Of a stretch of 64,000 nt of DNA, positions 25,421 through 37,441 are shown in pieces. Where the stretch lies: NCBI GenBank assembly GCA_030704615.1, contig CM060731.1, positions 80,166,001-80,230,000 of the forward strand. Direction: 5' to 3'. Within the stretch, counting starts at the first letter, position 1; each line of letters opens with the position of its first letter. The stretch comes from Takakia lepidozioides. Taxonomy: Eukaryota; Plantae; Bryophyta. The notes under the pieces were generated by a model. It searched no databases. It was not told the origin of the DNA and worked only from the letters and a program-made list of their open reading frames with translations. A program made the position numbers and the translations under genes.

Positions 25421-25986
25421 CCAGTGTTGGACTGGTATACTGATAAGAAACTGGTATCAATATTGTTATGTATATTGCTATGAAGTACCAGACCGGTAGG
25501 GTGTCGTCCATAGTATTAGGAAACAGATACCAGGCCAATATGGGTACATGCTAGGCAGTGGCCTGAGCTGATACCAGACTAGTCTGGTAGGTGGTTGAAA
25601 ATTAGATCCATTTTTGTGAGGAAAACTTGGTATCAACACTTTGAGGAACTTGAGGAATACTTTGAGAAATAAAATCAATGAGAAGCATGCTTGTACACAG
25701 TTATATGAGAAGTGGGCCTTTCATTATTTAACATATCATGAGTGTTTTTTTGATACCAGACCAATATTGATAATACCCTGGCATCGATTTCTAAAAACTC
25801 TTGCTATTGATACCTGTAAAACACCACACCAACACCAATCAGGTATTATTGATACCACCATGGTATCTAAATCTCAAATTTTTGCCAATACCAGTACCTC
25901 CCTGGTATCACAATTGGCCGGAGGCCTATATACCAGTACCAGCCTGGTGTGTTCAAACTTGAAATACGATACCAGTCCAACACTGG
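25421..25986. mobile_element. MITE/foldback-like element
   Basis: Perfect 18-bp inverted repeat CCAGTGTTGGACTGGTAT (25421-25438) / ATACCAGTCCAACACTGG (25969-25986), with many internal ATACCAG/CTGGTAT motifs. Confidence 0.55.
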
Positions 25987-26605
25987 TTTGGTCTTGGTCC
26001 ACATCAAATAGATCATACAACAACACTACTTTACAGCTATCCAATCCCTCATGTCTCTATCAAACCAACTTTGGCCGCTCTAGTAGGCCACCAAACCCAC
26101 ACATTGATGGTGCTTTCTAACTATAAGGCCCACATTATAGACTAGTAGCAATAACCATTCTCATACACTACATACTGTATTGGCACCGGCCCAGCAGAGA
26201 TAGCATTATCCTGGAATTGTGGAAACTTATGGAGAAAACAAATTCCCTATTTTCAGCACATGAATGAATGTCTCACCTCAGTGATGAATATCTATCGGAG
26301 GACCTCAAGAATTTCATGGATGAAACATGTCCAAGAGCAGGACATGCATCCATATGGGTGAGCATGTTCGCCGTGCTGCCCGGGTCAGTGGGAACGTGCG
26401 GACCTGACCGCTCCCACGCTCTGTGAGTCAAACTACTTATTACCCTCCTCCAATATACTGCTCTCCGTGTTTGTAACCGTATTTCAACTTTTAAGCCTTT
26501 TTTTCTCTTGCAAACTTTCCTTCTGTAGATGAGACTCACTATCTTTCCGCGGCAAGCAATACGCTTTGTAAATCTGCGGACATTGAACAAAATATCTCTT
26601 GTTTT

Positions 26606-26834
26606 TGAACCCTCCCTCCTTGCGTTTTTGCGCAACGGAGAGACGTAACATCTAATGTACCACTATCTATACAAATGTTTGGTTTTTGCATGATGTTTCT
26701 CGAAAGCATACGGACATTGAACAGAATTTCTCTTGTTGTTGACCCCTCCCTCCTTGCGTTTTGCGCAGCGGAGAGACGTAATGTCTAACGTACCACTATC
26801 TACACAAATGTTCGGTTTTCGCATGATGTTTCTC
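26606..26834. repeat. Tandem duplication of about 134 bp
   Basis: CCCTCCCTCCTTGCGTTTT...GGAGAGACGTAA...GTACCACTATCTA...GCATGATGTTTCTC is present twice. Confidence 0.85.
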
Positions 26835-28611
26835 CAGGCGTATGATGTGTTCGTAACGTCTATCACGGTTGACCACGAGAATTCCATTTGTATTACTGAT
26901 TATTACTCATTTGTCCAAAATGGAATTTATGAAATAGTATTCCTGAAGGCACACCTGGCCGCAACCAAAAGCAGCCTGGCAACTGTGGCGAAACTACGGC
27001 GAGCGTGGCGAAACTGGCCATGATCGAGATGCCGCCAGCCTTCCGTCGTACACGTGTCCAGGTGCCATATCCATTAGTAACGGGATTCTCTTCAGGGTGT
27101 GCTTTTGTTTAACTTACCGTTATGCTGGCACCAGGGTGGAGGGTGGCCCCGTTCTTGTACTGTCGTTTGTTTTTCTCTATTTCTCATCCATGCTCCCTGA
27201 AAATCATCCAGAACTCATCCAACAGCTTTTTAAAATCCATAGCTTGCCAGGACCGACAATGAGCGACAGTTGGAGCCAACTGTCTCCTCGCCGCACGCAA
27301 CTACATGTCAAACCGCCCTAATTTGGATGAAGACGGCTTCCTACGTGGCCGCGCGTGACGGGCTGTAAGCTGGCAGACCCTGGATTGGCGGTCGCACACG
27401 TTGCCACAATTACGCAAATTATTTTGTATTTTGTTATGGGATGTTTCGTATTTCCGTCAGAATGATGCACAATATGATGCCTACGACTACCCCACCGCTT
27501 TCGTGATGAGATTTGTACACCCAATTTGGACACTGCCAGCCCACTGCCAGCCCCCACCCACTCGACCCACTCATATTCCATCCACCGCCCTGCCCTATTC
27601 GTTTTTCAACGACGCCATGCTTTCAAAATATTATCCTCATTCTGCTCATAATCAGACTCATACAAGCGGGTCTCAAAGTCGCGGCTCATATCTCGGTTGC
27701 CGGGGGACGCCGCGGTCGCCCGCTGCGGTGGCCGCCATCGTGTGGACAAGTCGCCATACGTTGTACGTGGCTGGCCTCATATTCCCGTTGGGCCGCTTCG
27801 CAGTGCGGGCAGCCTCGTTTGAATTTTCGCACCTCTCGCACGCTCGACCCGCAAACCCTATTTGTGTTTCTCACTTTGTTCCTCGAGTAGCTAGAATAGT
27901 TGACCGTGGGTTGACCGGTGTGGATGGATGGATGAATGAAGTGAGGGTAGCGGGGATGGATGAGGGCGTGGGCGCCATTTATAAGGGTTCATCAAGGCCA
28001 CGCGGAGACGCAGGCTGGCACGTCCCTGCCAGGCGGCGGGGCCCAGCCCGCGCCCGCGTTATTCTAACCGCGGCCTCAACTGCGGTTAGGCTGTGGACCG
28101 CGGTTGGCCTGCGGCCGCGAATAGCGTCGTTCAGAATAAACTCGTACAATTATTGGGTACCTAATTCGCCTCCCCCACCGCCTGCTGCAGGTTTGTGCCG
28201 GTCACTAGCAGGCCATTTAAAGCATCTCCACCGGCTGCTCCCGGTTGAAGGGTGGATATAAATAACCGCAGGCACGTTTGTAATCCTCGTGAACCTTCGG
28301 TCCGCATCACGTCCTTGCCGGCGAGGGCCCAGTCGACATGTATTTCCACGTGGCCTAATCGTGTTGCCCAGACTCCCAGTCTAGGTGTTAAAACCTGTAA
28401 AATACGAGTTGGGTAATTTTCACGAAAATGAAAATTTCGAAGTGCCAGATCGAGGTGTGGAACGGTGAGTTTGTTGCATGGAAATGAATGGAGGGCCGCC
28501 ACTTGTAAAAGAGCAGGGAATGAGTTTAGCCAGTATGGGGTTGGGCATAGCGCAGCAGGCGAAAGGTGGCGAAACCCTACACTGTAACAGGGGAGTGCGA
28601 AGAGGAACAGC

Positions 28612-28670
28612 GGGAGAGGGAGAGGGAGAGGGAGAGAGAGAGAGAGAGAGAGAGGCGGAGAGGGAGGGAA
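28612..28670 (+). repeat. GA-rich microsatellite in the 5' leader region of the LRX-like gene
   Basis: (GGGAGA)n followed by (GA)n upstream of the start codon. Confidence 0.7.
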
Positions 28671-29051
28671 AGCAAGAAAGGGGAGGTTGCTTGGATCCAC
28701 GCATTGATGGGGGAGAGGGGGTAGGGTTAGGAGGAAGCTGTGGTGGTTGGGAAGGGAGGCGGGGGACTGAGAAGGCGGGCATTGTACTGGGAGATGGGAG
28801 AAGCCAGGGAGGACGACAATGCAGTGCTGGAGGATGTCATTGAGGAAAGATAGGGAGGAGCTGGAGCTAGCGAAGAAGGTGCATCCACGGCGATGATATC
28901 GATGACGAAGACGTAGGAGCTCGCAGAGGAGAGTGAAGGAAACGTGGATAGGAGGAAGTAGGCAGGTAAAGGGAGGGGTGACAGGGGGTAGTGACTGCGG
29001 TGCATGGCACAGTTTGATGTAGGCCCAGCGGCCTTCTTGCAACAGTCACTG

Positions 29052-32000
29052 ATGCGCGCATGGAGGAGCTTGGTGTTGCTGGTCCTGCTATGCTCCTCTC
29101 TGCCAGTATTACAAGCCGCAGGCACGAATGCTCCCTTGTCTTTTTTTTTCCCGCATCTTCTGCATCGTATTCTGTTTTCTGTTGAACCTGCATTCTTTAA
29201 TAGTCTCGTAATAAGCAATGTGTCCGGGATGTGTGGATGATGCGGGTTTATTTTCGATAGTCAAGATTCGCTGTAGGATGTAGCTCCAAACGAGCAGTGT
29301 GACTTAATACTGGAGGCCATTCAACCATAAAAAGGAAGAGTCTCTAAACCCGGTTCGATGTAGATGATAGAAGGTACCGTAATCTTGGCAATATGAAAGC
29401 ACAAATGTTGCTCCATTGCTATCGTGCAGACCTCCATCAATCATTTTTTTCCCAGAAATCTATGCAGTTGACCTTGTGGCCCGACATACTACCTGCGCCT
29501 GCGTGTCACCAAAGAGCGAGTTTGCTTTCTGGGGCCTTGTAGGCAGTCAGTCGTTCGTGAGTCGTTCGACATTTTTTAACTGTGATGTTAGCTGGTTGAT
29601 AATCACTATCGGCAGAGCACTTGGTCAAACTACCTACCTGAATACCACATATCTTCCAATTTGCAAGTCAACCTTTCCACCTTCTCTATATTTGGAGACT
29701 ATCCTTTTTGAGAAATCTCCTGCAGAGTTTGTGAAGTGACGATTGACCTACTATCCATGCTGGTTGATCTGGTGGGCCACTTGACTATCTGCCGATGAAC
29801 TCGACCTTCAAGTTTCTGGGAGGGCTGTGACATCAACAGGGATTGGCAGCAATAACTGTACTCCTAATTTGCTGTAATGTGCAGGCCTCCTTATAGTTAG
29901 ATGATCTCAGATAAGAACTGCCAAAAATCTTCCCTGCAATCAACAGCCTCTTTGGAAGGTTGTAGTGTGTACCAGCAGGTCCCAAACAAAGTGTTAGTCA
30001 ACAGCAGTAATCAAGCTCTGTTGTATCACTTGTGTAATTATCTCTGTTACAAAGTTCTAGCTTTTAGGGTCAGGGGTTCTATGATCATGCTGCAGCGATG
30101 GCCTAAGTCGCACGCACCCAAGTTGGTATACTGCTTCTTCTAATACTTCAACTGATACCGACAAGAATATGAGTATGAGAGATGACAGAGTCAGAGAGAC
30201 CATGTTCCCCTGTGCTTCACTAATAAGCAGGACTTTTTCCTCGAGATCGTTGTCATCACTATACTTTAAGTCCTTCTTAATGAAATATTTACATGATTTG
30301 CTCACATGGAGTGTTTTATAAAAGGTATGTTTTGCCCAACTTACAGGCCTTGCTCAATTGAGCGATCTTTGTATGCCAAGCAGCAAGATGCAGGAAAAAG
30401 GATGGGATTTGCCCAGCTTGTGGACATGCAACTTTGTTTTCTTGCTCTGTCCTGTGTTATGAGATTTCAGGAGATACTAGTGTCTTTTGAGAGGCTGGGC
30501 ATTCTGGCGGAGGTATTGACTAATAAAGATCAGGCCATTCTTGGCCATTCCTAATAAAAATTAAAAAGAAGAACTTCAGGAATGAACTTCACAAGGTGCT
30601 GTGTATTTAAGCTGAGATTTAGGCCTGGTTTTTAGTGTTCTTGTCTGTTTGTTATATGCTCTTGTCCGATTAGGTCTTTGGACCGTTCCTGTGGGTGTAA
30701 TAAGTTGGTTTGCTTCATGGTTTGTTCAGCGCATTTTGTGCCTTGACACTTCTTGTGTCTCGCATTTCTAAGGTTTTCTCTATTGGGATCTGCAGGGTCC
30801 GACAGTGAGGCTTTGGAACCACAAGTTAGTAATCTGTGGCGAGGTGGCCAGCTCCCCCCAGGTGTCGGGCACCATCCTCCCTGGGTGGGGCACCATCCCC
30901 CTGGTGTGGGCCACCACCCTCCTGGTGTTGGCCATCATCCTCCTGGGGTTGGCCATCATCCTCCTGGAGTTGGACATCATGGTCCAGAATCAAGCCTATA
31001 CCGGGCATTTATCGCTCTTCAAGCATGGAAGCATGCTATTACTGATGATCCTCAAAGAGTCACAGCTACATGGGTCGGGACGGGCGTGTGTGAATACAGA
31101 GGGGTGTTTTGTTCACCACCCATAAACGACAATACTTCAAGTATACTAGTGGTTGCAGGGATTGACTTGAACCATGCAGACCTGGCCGGGACTTTGGTAG
31201 AAGAGTTGGGGTTACTATATGAAGTTGGTCTCTTTCATATCAACACCAATCGGTTCACAGGGACGATTCCAGCCTCCTTCAAGGATTTGGGGACCTTGTT
31301 TGAGCTTGATTTGAGTAACAACGGCTTTTCAGGTCCATTCCCAGTAGTTGTCTTGGATATCCCAGAACTCATCTTCTTGGACATTCGATTCAACCACTTC
31401 TGGGGTCCTCTTCCACCAGCGCTCTTTGACAAGCACCTGGATGCTTTGTTCGTAAACAACAATGGATTTGACTATATTCTACCGCAGAATCTTGGAAATT
31501 CACCAGTTTCAGTGGTTGTGTTGGCAAACAATTACTTCACCGGAGACATCCCAACCAGCATAGGAAACATGTCAGGTACTTTGAACGAGGTTATCTTTCT
31601 TCACAACTCAATCTCAGGTGAACTTCCAGAGCAGATTGGTCAGCTGAATCTTGTGACAGTGTTTGATGTCAGCTTCAACAAGCTGAGTGGCACGCTGCCT
31701 AGCAGTATCTCAAACATGACCAGCCTGGTTGATTTCAATGTGGGAAACAACAGCATCACTGGAAACGTGACTGCCAATCTGTGCAATTTACCCAATCTGA
31801 AAAACCTCACAGTCTCCAACAACTTGTTCACTGGTGTAAGCACATCTTGTGCAAGCCTTCCTGCTCGTGGTGTTATAGTTGATGAGGGAGGAAATTGTAT
31901 TCCAGATGCATCAGGCCAAAAGTCAGACAAGGAGTGCGCTGCTCTTTTATCCCCTCCACCACATCCACAGTCGCCTCCCCCTCTTTCCTCTCCACCACCT

Positions 32001-33092
32001 GCACACTCTCCTCCCCCCCTTCCCCTCTGCCACCTGCACTCTCTCCTCCCCCGCCACCTCCCCACTCTCCTCCCCCTCCTTTCCCCCCACCACCTGCGCA
32101 CTCTCCTCCCCCCCCTTCCCCCCACCACCTGCTCAGTCTCCCCCCCCTCCTTCACCAACTCCACCTGCTCCCTCTCCCCCCCCCTCCTTCCCCCACCAGC
32201 TGCTCAGTCTCCCCCCCCTCCTTCCCCAACCCCACCTGCTCCCTCTCCCCCACCTCCTTCCCCCCACCAGCTGCTCAGTCTCCCCCCCTCCTTCCCCCCA
32301 CCACCTGCCCGCTCTCCTCCCCCCCCACTGCCTTCTCCTCCTCCGCCTCCTTCTCCTCCCCCACCTTCTCCTCCCCCGCCTAAGCACTCTCCACCACCCC
32401 CTCCCTCCCCACTCCCCCCACCTCGATCTCCTCCTCCTCCAACTCCTGTGCCTTCGTACCCACCACCACCTTCTTCGTGCCCATCAGGATACACTCCTGG
32501 TAAGGCCTCAGGCACATGTTTTATGCTAGTATCGGAGAACAGAACATGGGATGATGCGGAATTCTACTGCCAGCAGCATGGTGGGCACTTGACAGCTGTT
32601 GCAAGCCGTAATGAGCTTCGTGATATAGGTCATTTGTGTGAACGGGTCCACGAACATTCAAGCCCATATAGCCCTAAAGGGCAGGGCTGCTACCTAGGAG
32701 GGAGAAAACCATATATGATTTCTCCGCCTAATTCGTCATGGACGTGGTCATGGTCCCCATGCATTGAGTTCAAGCAGTCTTATTGGAATGAGTTTGAACC
32801 CAATAATATCAATAAGAAGGAGGGTTGCACCACTGTGAAATGGGAGCCTCCTATCTTGCAGGTAGGAGAAGACTCTCTAGACTATATGCTCAATGATTAT
32901 GTTTGTTACGCCGAGCTTCCCTTTATCTGCTCTCCATCGAGATGCTCCGGAGTTGGTTGTGGCGTGTCGGATGGTTGCAGAGCGCATGGGGATTCAAATG
33001 CCAGCTGTCAGCCAGACTCATCAGCTGCAGTGGGCTACACCTGTGACTGCAGTCAAGGCTTTGAAGCGGACGACTCTGGAACTTGTTATTGA
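29052..33092 (+). CDS. Secreted leucine-rich-repeat extensin (LRX)-like protein with C-terminal C-type lectin and EGF-like domains; exons 29052-29121 (alternative ATG 29004) and 30796-33092
   Basis: Signal peptide MRAWRSLVLLVLLCSSLPVLQAA. LRX N-cap LYRAFIALQAWKHAITDDP...VAGIDLNHADLAGTL, then LRRs, the Cys linker GNCIPDASGQKSDKEC, Ser-Pro3-5 repeats, a CTLD (32478-32930) and an EGF-like module (about 32943-33089). The intron is phase-consistent. Confidence 0.88.
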
Positions 33093-33615
33093 GTACACCA
33101 GCTGCTAGCTGACTCACATTTGACCATGGTTTTGGCATGGGCTTCTTAAAAAGATACTCCCATCACTTCCATGTTGAGATTTTAGAGGGAAGGGTTTAGG
33201 AAGAATGGGAGGGGAAAGGTAGATTGGTTGTTGGACTGCACTAGGCAGGGAATACTGTAGGGGAGCCATTGATCACCAGGTTCCTCGGGAATAGACAGAT
33301 TGTGGAGCGAAGGCCTAGGGTGTAATGAAGGATATAGTGGACTATGTCCGGGGAGATTCAACCTTGCACTTTCTGTCTCTTCCCGAAGGCAGGTAACACC
33401 AAAGCTGTCAAAGACTGCTTGTTCGTTCAACCTCACCGCAGAGGGAATGATTCCGTGCTACACTGCACTAGGGAGCAAAACAATGTGTCTCTGCCTTCAC
33501 AGAAGAAGGGATTTGAGACACAGGGCGAGGTAGGACTGCATTTATATTCTATCATTGCATCACAGCTAGCTATATTTACTAGGTTGGGATGTCAGGTGGG
33601 GGTGATAGAGCTCAT

Positions 33616-34588
33616 TCACACACCATCTTGGGTGTGTGACCAGTCTTGTAGGCTACTTGTTGTCCAAGTACGGAACTCTCAGTTCCTATTCTTTGACAGA
33701 GATATGCTATTCATTTAGGTTGAATTTCTCTTCTATAAAGGGTGCGGTTCAATCTCTCCGGACCTGTGCAGCTGTTCTGGTTTGTCTACCATAGGTGCAC
33801 ATACTAGTGTATGATATTTTCGTAGCTTTTCTTTCTCTTTTCTGTTCTCCATCTTTCAAGTTTGAAGATTGTGTGACCTCTGACGGGGCTCTCTAAAGCC
33901 GCCGCATATTTGACCTACCCTTGTGTGACTTGTATCAGTTTAGTCGTTGCCTGGCATGTGCGGTGGTTGCTTCATAGACCCCAGGTGTATGTCAGAGAGA
34001 CCATTTGCTGCACACAAGGGAGAGAGTCATCTGTAGGAGGCTGGGTCTCCTCTGAAGAGGTAGTAGTATTTCACCATAATTCTGTAGTACACAGGCTAGG
34101 AGGCAAGGTACTGATGTTGTCTCGACTTCTGCATGGTGCAAGAAGGGAAAATACTATCCTCTGGTAGCATGTGGAGCCATCTGCCTATGTCAATCTGGAG
34201 ATTGTGCAAGGTGACTATGAAAGTCCCAAGTCCTAGTGAGTGATGTGGAGAAGCTTGGGATATATGAGGATGCAGTTATTCCTCAGTTCAGTGAAATAGC
34301 TCCTACTAGAGCTGGAATTTTGGGGTCATCTGACATCTTGGGACCACATTGGTTGTATCACATGGATCCTCTGTGGACTGTCTTATGTTCCTCAGGGAAA
34401 TAACACTGAAGGCAATGGGACTCTGTCAAATCTGCCCATCAGATTTCGAAGGGTGTGATAATTTTTGAAAGTGGATATATGCTTCAGACTGTGATTCCAA
34501 CGCCCTGGCCACCCTATTCTAGTGCTGTGGAGTGACAGCTGCACTGACAACCCACTTCTGCATGGATATGTCTGTAATGTAAGGGTGC
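33616..34588 (+). repeat. Direct repeat copy A (about 1 kb)
   Basis: Colinear with 38534-40240, e.g. TTGTTGTCCAAGTACGGAACTCTCAGTTCCTATTCTTTGACA and CAGACTGTGATTCCAA.GCCCTGGCCACCCTATT. Confidence 0.88.
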
Positions 34589-34959
34589 TGCAACAAGTTC
34601 TCTCTCTCTGAACATCTCTCCCTGTGACTCTGTAGATGCTGTAAAGTTTCCTTTCTGCTTTCTTGCTCTCTTTTACGAAAGCTCTCCAATCCACTCATCC
34701 AAAACATGAAATCGGTTGAAAGATGCAACATCCTTATGGACTACATTCAGCATTGTTTCAGAACTGCTGCAGCAGCTCTTGGTCTGTGTGTGCTTGATCC
34801 ATTGATGCCTTGGCCTCCTTGTTCTCTCTTAAATTGCATTCACAGATAGGGATACATCAATGTCCCCCTAAATAAGACGGGGAAGAGAGTCTGAGAGAGG
34901 GAGAAGATAGTGCACAAAAAGACATCGAAGAAAGGGCAGGTCGATACAGAGGAAACATC

Positions 34960-36450
34960 TGCCAGTGATGGGGAGAGGAAACAAAAGTCAAAACTCGGTG
35001 ATTTCATCTTTGCTCTACCAAAATCTTGGAATACTGATAGCCACCAGGTGAACTGGCTTACAACTATGTACCTGTAAAGATTGATGTTCAGCAGGTTTAA
35101 GTGTGTTGAGAGTAATAAAAGATAGGTAAGAATCCTACCTTCATGATTCCAGAGGCAAGACGGCCATCGACAATATCTAACACACCACTGTGTAAAAAAC
35201 TCAGGGTGGCCTGAATACTCAAGGCATGATCTCCCACCGCAAACATTTTGATGCCCATTTGCTTCGTTGATGCCAATAGCTCCCCTTCTGATGGCATCTC
35301 TGATACCTGTACAACAATAAAATGGTCCTATTGTCCACCAGTGGAAGGACATGGCCTAGTGCATATTAGATTATCCTTATTCAAAGACTGGACCGGCTTT
35401 AAATGGTCTAGAAAAATGGGGGAACCATGGTGGGGGATAAATGGGAAACAGAACTACAGCCAAAACTATTGGTGAAGGACTCTAGTAATGGGGCACACCT
35501 ACATAAAGTTACTTCTGGTTACCCAAATTAACAGAAAAAAAAAGTTGTACTCAAGCAAAAACCTGCTCTCAATTCAGACCACTTAAGTCAATCTCTTGGC
35601 TGTGCCTGAGATCAAAGGAGAAAATTTGCTATGACACAAGCAAAAGAGGGAAATTCTGCTTTCACACACTAGCATCCCATTTCAGTGATTAGTATTGAGG
35701 AGAGGGAGAGCAAGGATCCCATATCATGGTCAGCTTCAGTTCCAATACTCTTCAGGTATCTTTAGCAAGCCTCCTTTAAATTACTATTCAAGATGATGCT
35801 TACAGAAATCACTAAGCAGGCACAAGAAGTGAACTTCCTTGTATAGGGTATCTCTTTGAGAAGAGGAAAGACAACGTCACTAGTATCAAGCACTGAAAAC
35901 TCCTGACCTCCAAAAACTTCACAGAGATGGGTAATGGTCTTGCTTCAGATTTTCGCAACTGAATGTTTAGGACACAACCAATTCACCTGGAAACTGCTGT
36001 AAGATCCATACCCGCCAGACACTATATTTAGTAGAGTGAGGACCCCATAATATTGTCAGCAGGCTCCAGTTTCAAAGACTCTTATTCCCTTCAATTTACA
36101 ATGTGCAATTATGCCTGCAGAATCAGGGTTTGTAGCAGAGGGCAAAGTGTGCCGGGAACTCTCCCTCCACCACGGGAAACTTGTCCCAAACTTAGCCAGG
36201 ATCACTCAGGAAAATGCGCTTGCGGATGACATATGACTAGAGATACGGTGTTGTCTGTTCTCTTCATCAAGACGTGCCTTATACAATCAAGTGTAATTTC
36301 ATGAACATGCGACCGTAGCCTCCGGAATTATCAGTGTAACTCTGCTGCATGTCCTGGACTGTAAAACGCCGGAGTCCCACGGCTGATTCTTCCACTAATT
36401 TTGGAGATTCCTGAAAAATTGCATCCGGATTCTTATCTGTCATCTCCATA
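34960..36450 (-). pseudogene. Degenerate multi-exon gene remnant of unknown identity
   Basis: Exon-like block about 35139-35307 with AG/GT borders (…MPSEGELLASTKQMGIKMFAVGDHALSIQATLSFLHSGVLDIVDGRLASGIMK). Protein-like but stop-riddled frames at 35560-36450. Confidence 0.3.
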
Positions 36451-37158
36451 GCTTGCGACCCGGAGGCAACAGTGAATTCTTATTCTTCCACGACCAGTAC
36501 AGCTTGATCGCACCTCATACGATCGCAGCCAACAGTGTTCCCTGTCCCGCAAAGAATCACATCTCACCAACCGAATCCCTGCAGTTTCAAAAATTCAAAA
36601 TGCTGGAAAAGTCGACAAGATCCGGGGAGAAATTAGAGCAAGCCCTCGGCGTAGCACCCATACCTCCCCTGTCCCAAGAAAGTTGGGATTGAGCAGCAAA
36701 CCTTGGAAGATAACAGTCCCACAGGAAACATAGACAGACTGTGACAATTGGAGCACGATTTCTACCAAAAAAGCCAGGCATCCATCTCACTTGCATCAAA
36801 TGCTAAGTGAGGGTCCAGGCAGAACAATGCACATGAGATTAAAAGCTAAGTTGCGAAGACTCCCACTCATGCATGCCGGTCTTTCTCAGAAAGGTTGAGT
36901 TGACTTACTTTCCTTAGTTTGTCTGTGGCTAGTGGGTTTCTTGGACTGCTGGCCCTTGCTTAAGGTTTTGCTTAGGCTTGGTTTAAGTATTTTGGAGGAG
37001 AATTTTGGCTACTACCTGGTAGTTTGGTAAGATGGATGGTACACTTTGTGGCACCCCAGTGGTTTGAAGCTCAAATCCTTGTCCGGTATGCTGGGAATGG
37101 TATCTCATGTAGGCTTCATGGAAGGGCATTAAATGTGAGCTGTACCCAAGGTTTCCCT

Positions 37159-37430
37159 ACAGAAAAGGAACAAGCAAATAAAGAGAAAACAGCTTTGATC
37201 TGAGCTCGACCCACATGCGTTTGAACTGTGCTCCTTCGGCTTCTTTGGAAGAGAGAGAGAGAGAGAGAAGGAGAACAGGTGTCCCTTACAGAAAAAGAAC
37301 AATAGTCCAGCAAATAAGAGGGAACTTTTAAGAGCTTTGATCTGAGCTCAACCCACATGCGTTTGAACGTATGAACTGTGCTCCTTCGACTTCTTTGGCA
37401 GAGAGAAGAGAGAGAGGGGAGGAGAAGTTT
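37159..37430 (+). repeat. Tandem duplication of about 130-140 bp directly upstream of RPB8
   Basis: AGCTTTGATCTGAGCTC.ACCCACATGCGTTTGAAC...TGTGCTCCTTCG.CTTCTTTGG followed by a GA tract, present twice. Confidence 0.85.
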
Positions 37431-37441
37431 GGCAGAGAGCG

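Noticed and set aside
27401-29218. Long ORFs 27401..28261 (+), 28161..29042 (-) and 28727..29218 (-)
   Set aside because: No recognisable domain; explained by high GC and GA repeats.
31640-32515. Gly/Arg-rich minus-strand ORFs
   Set aside because: They are antisense shadows of the Pro-rich extensin region.
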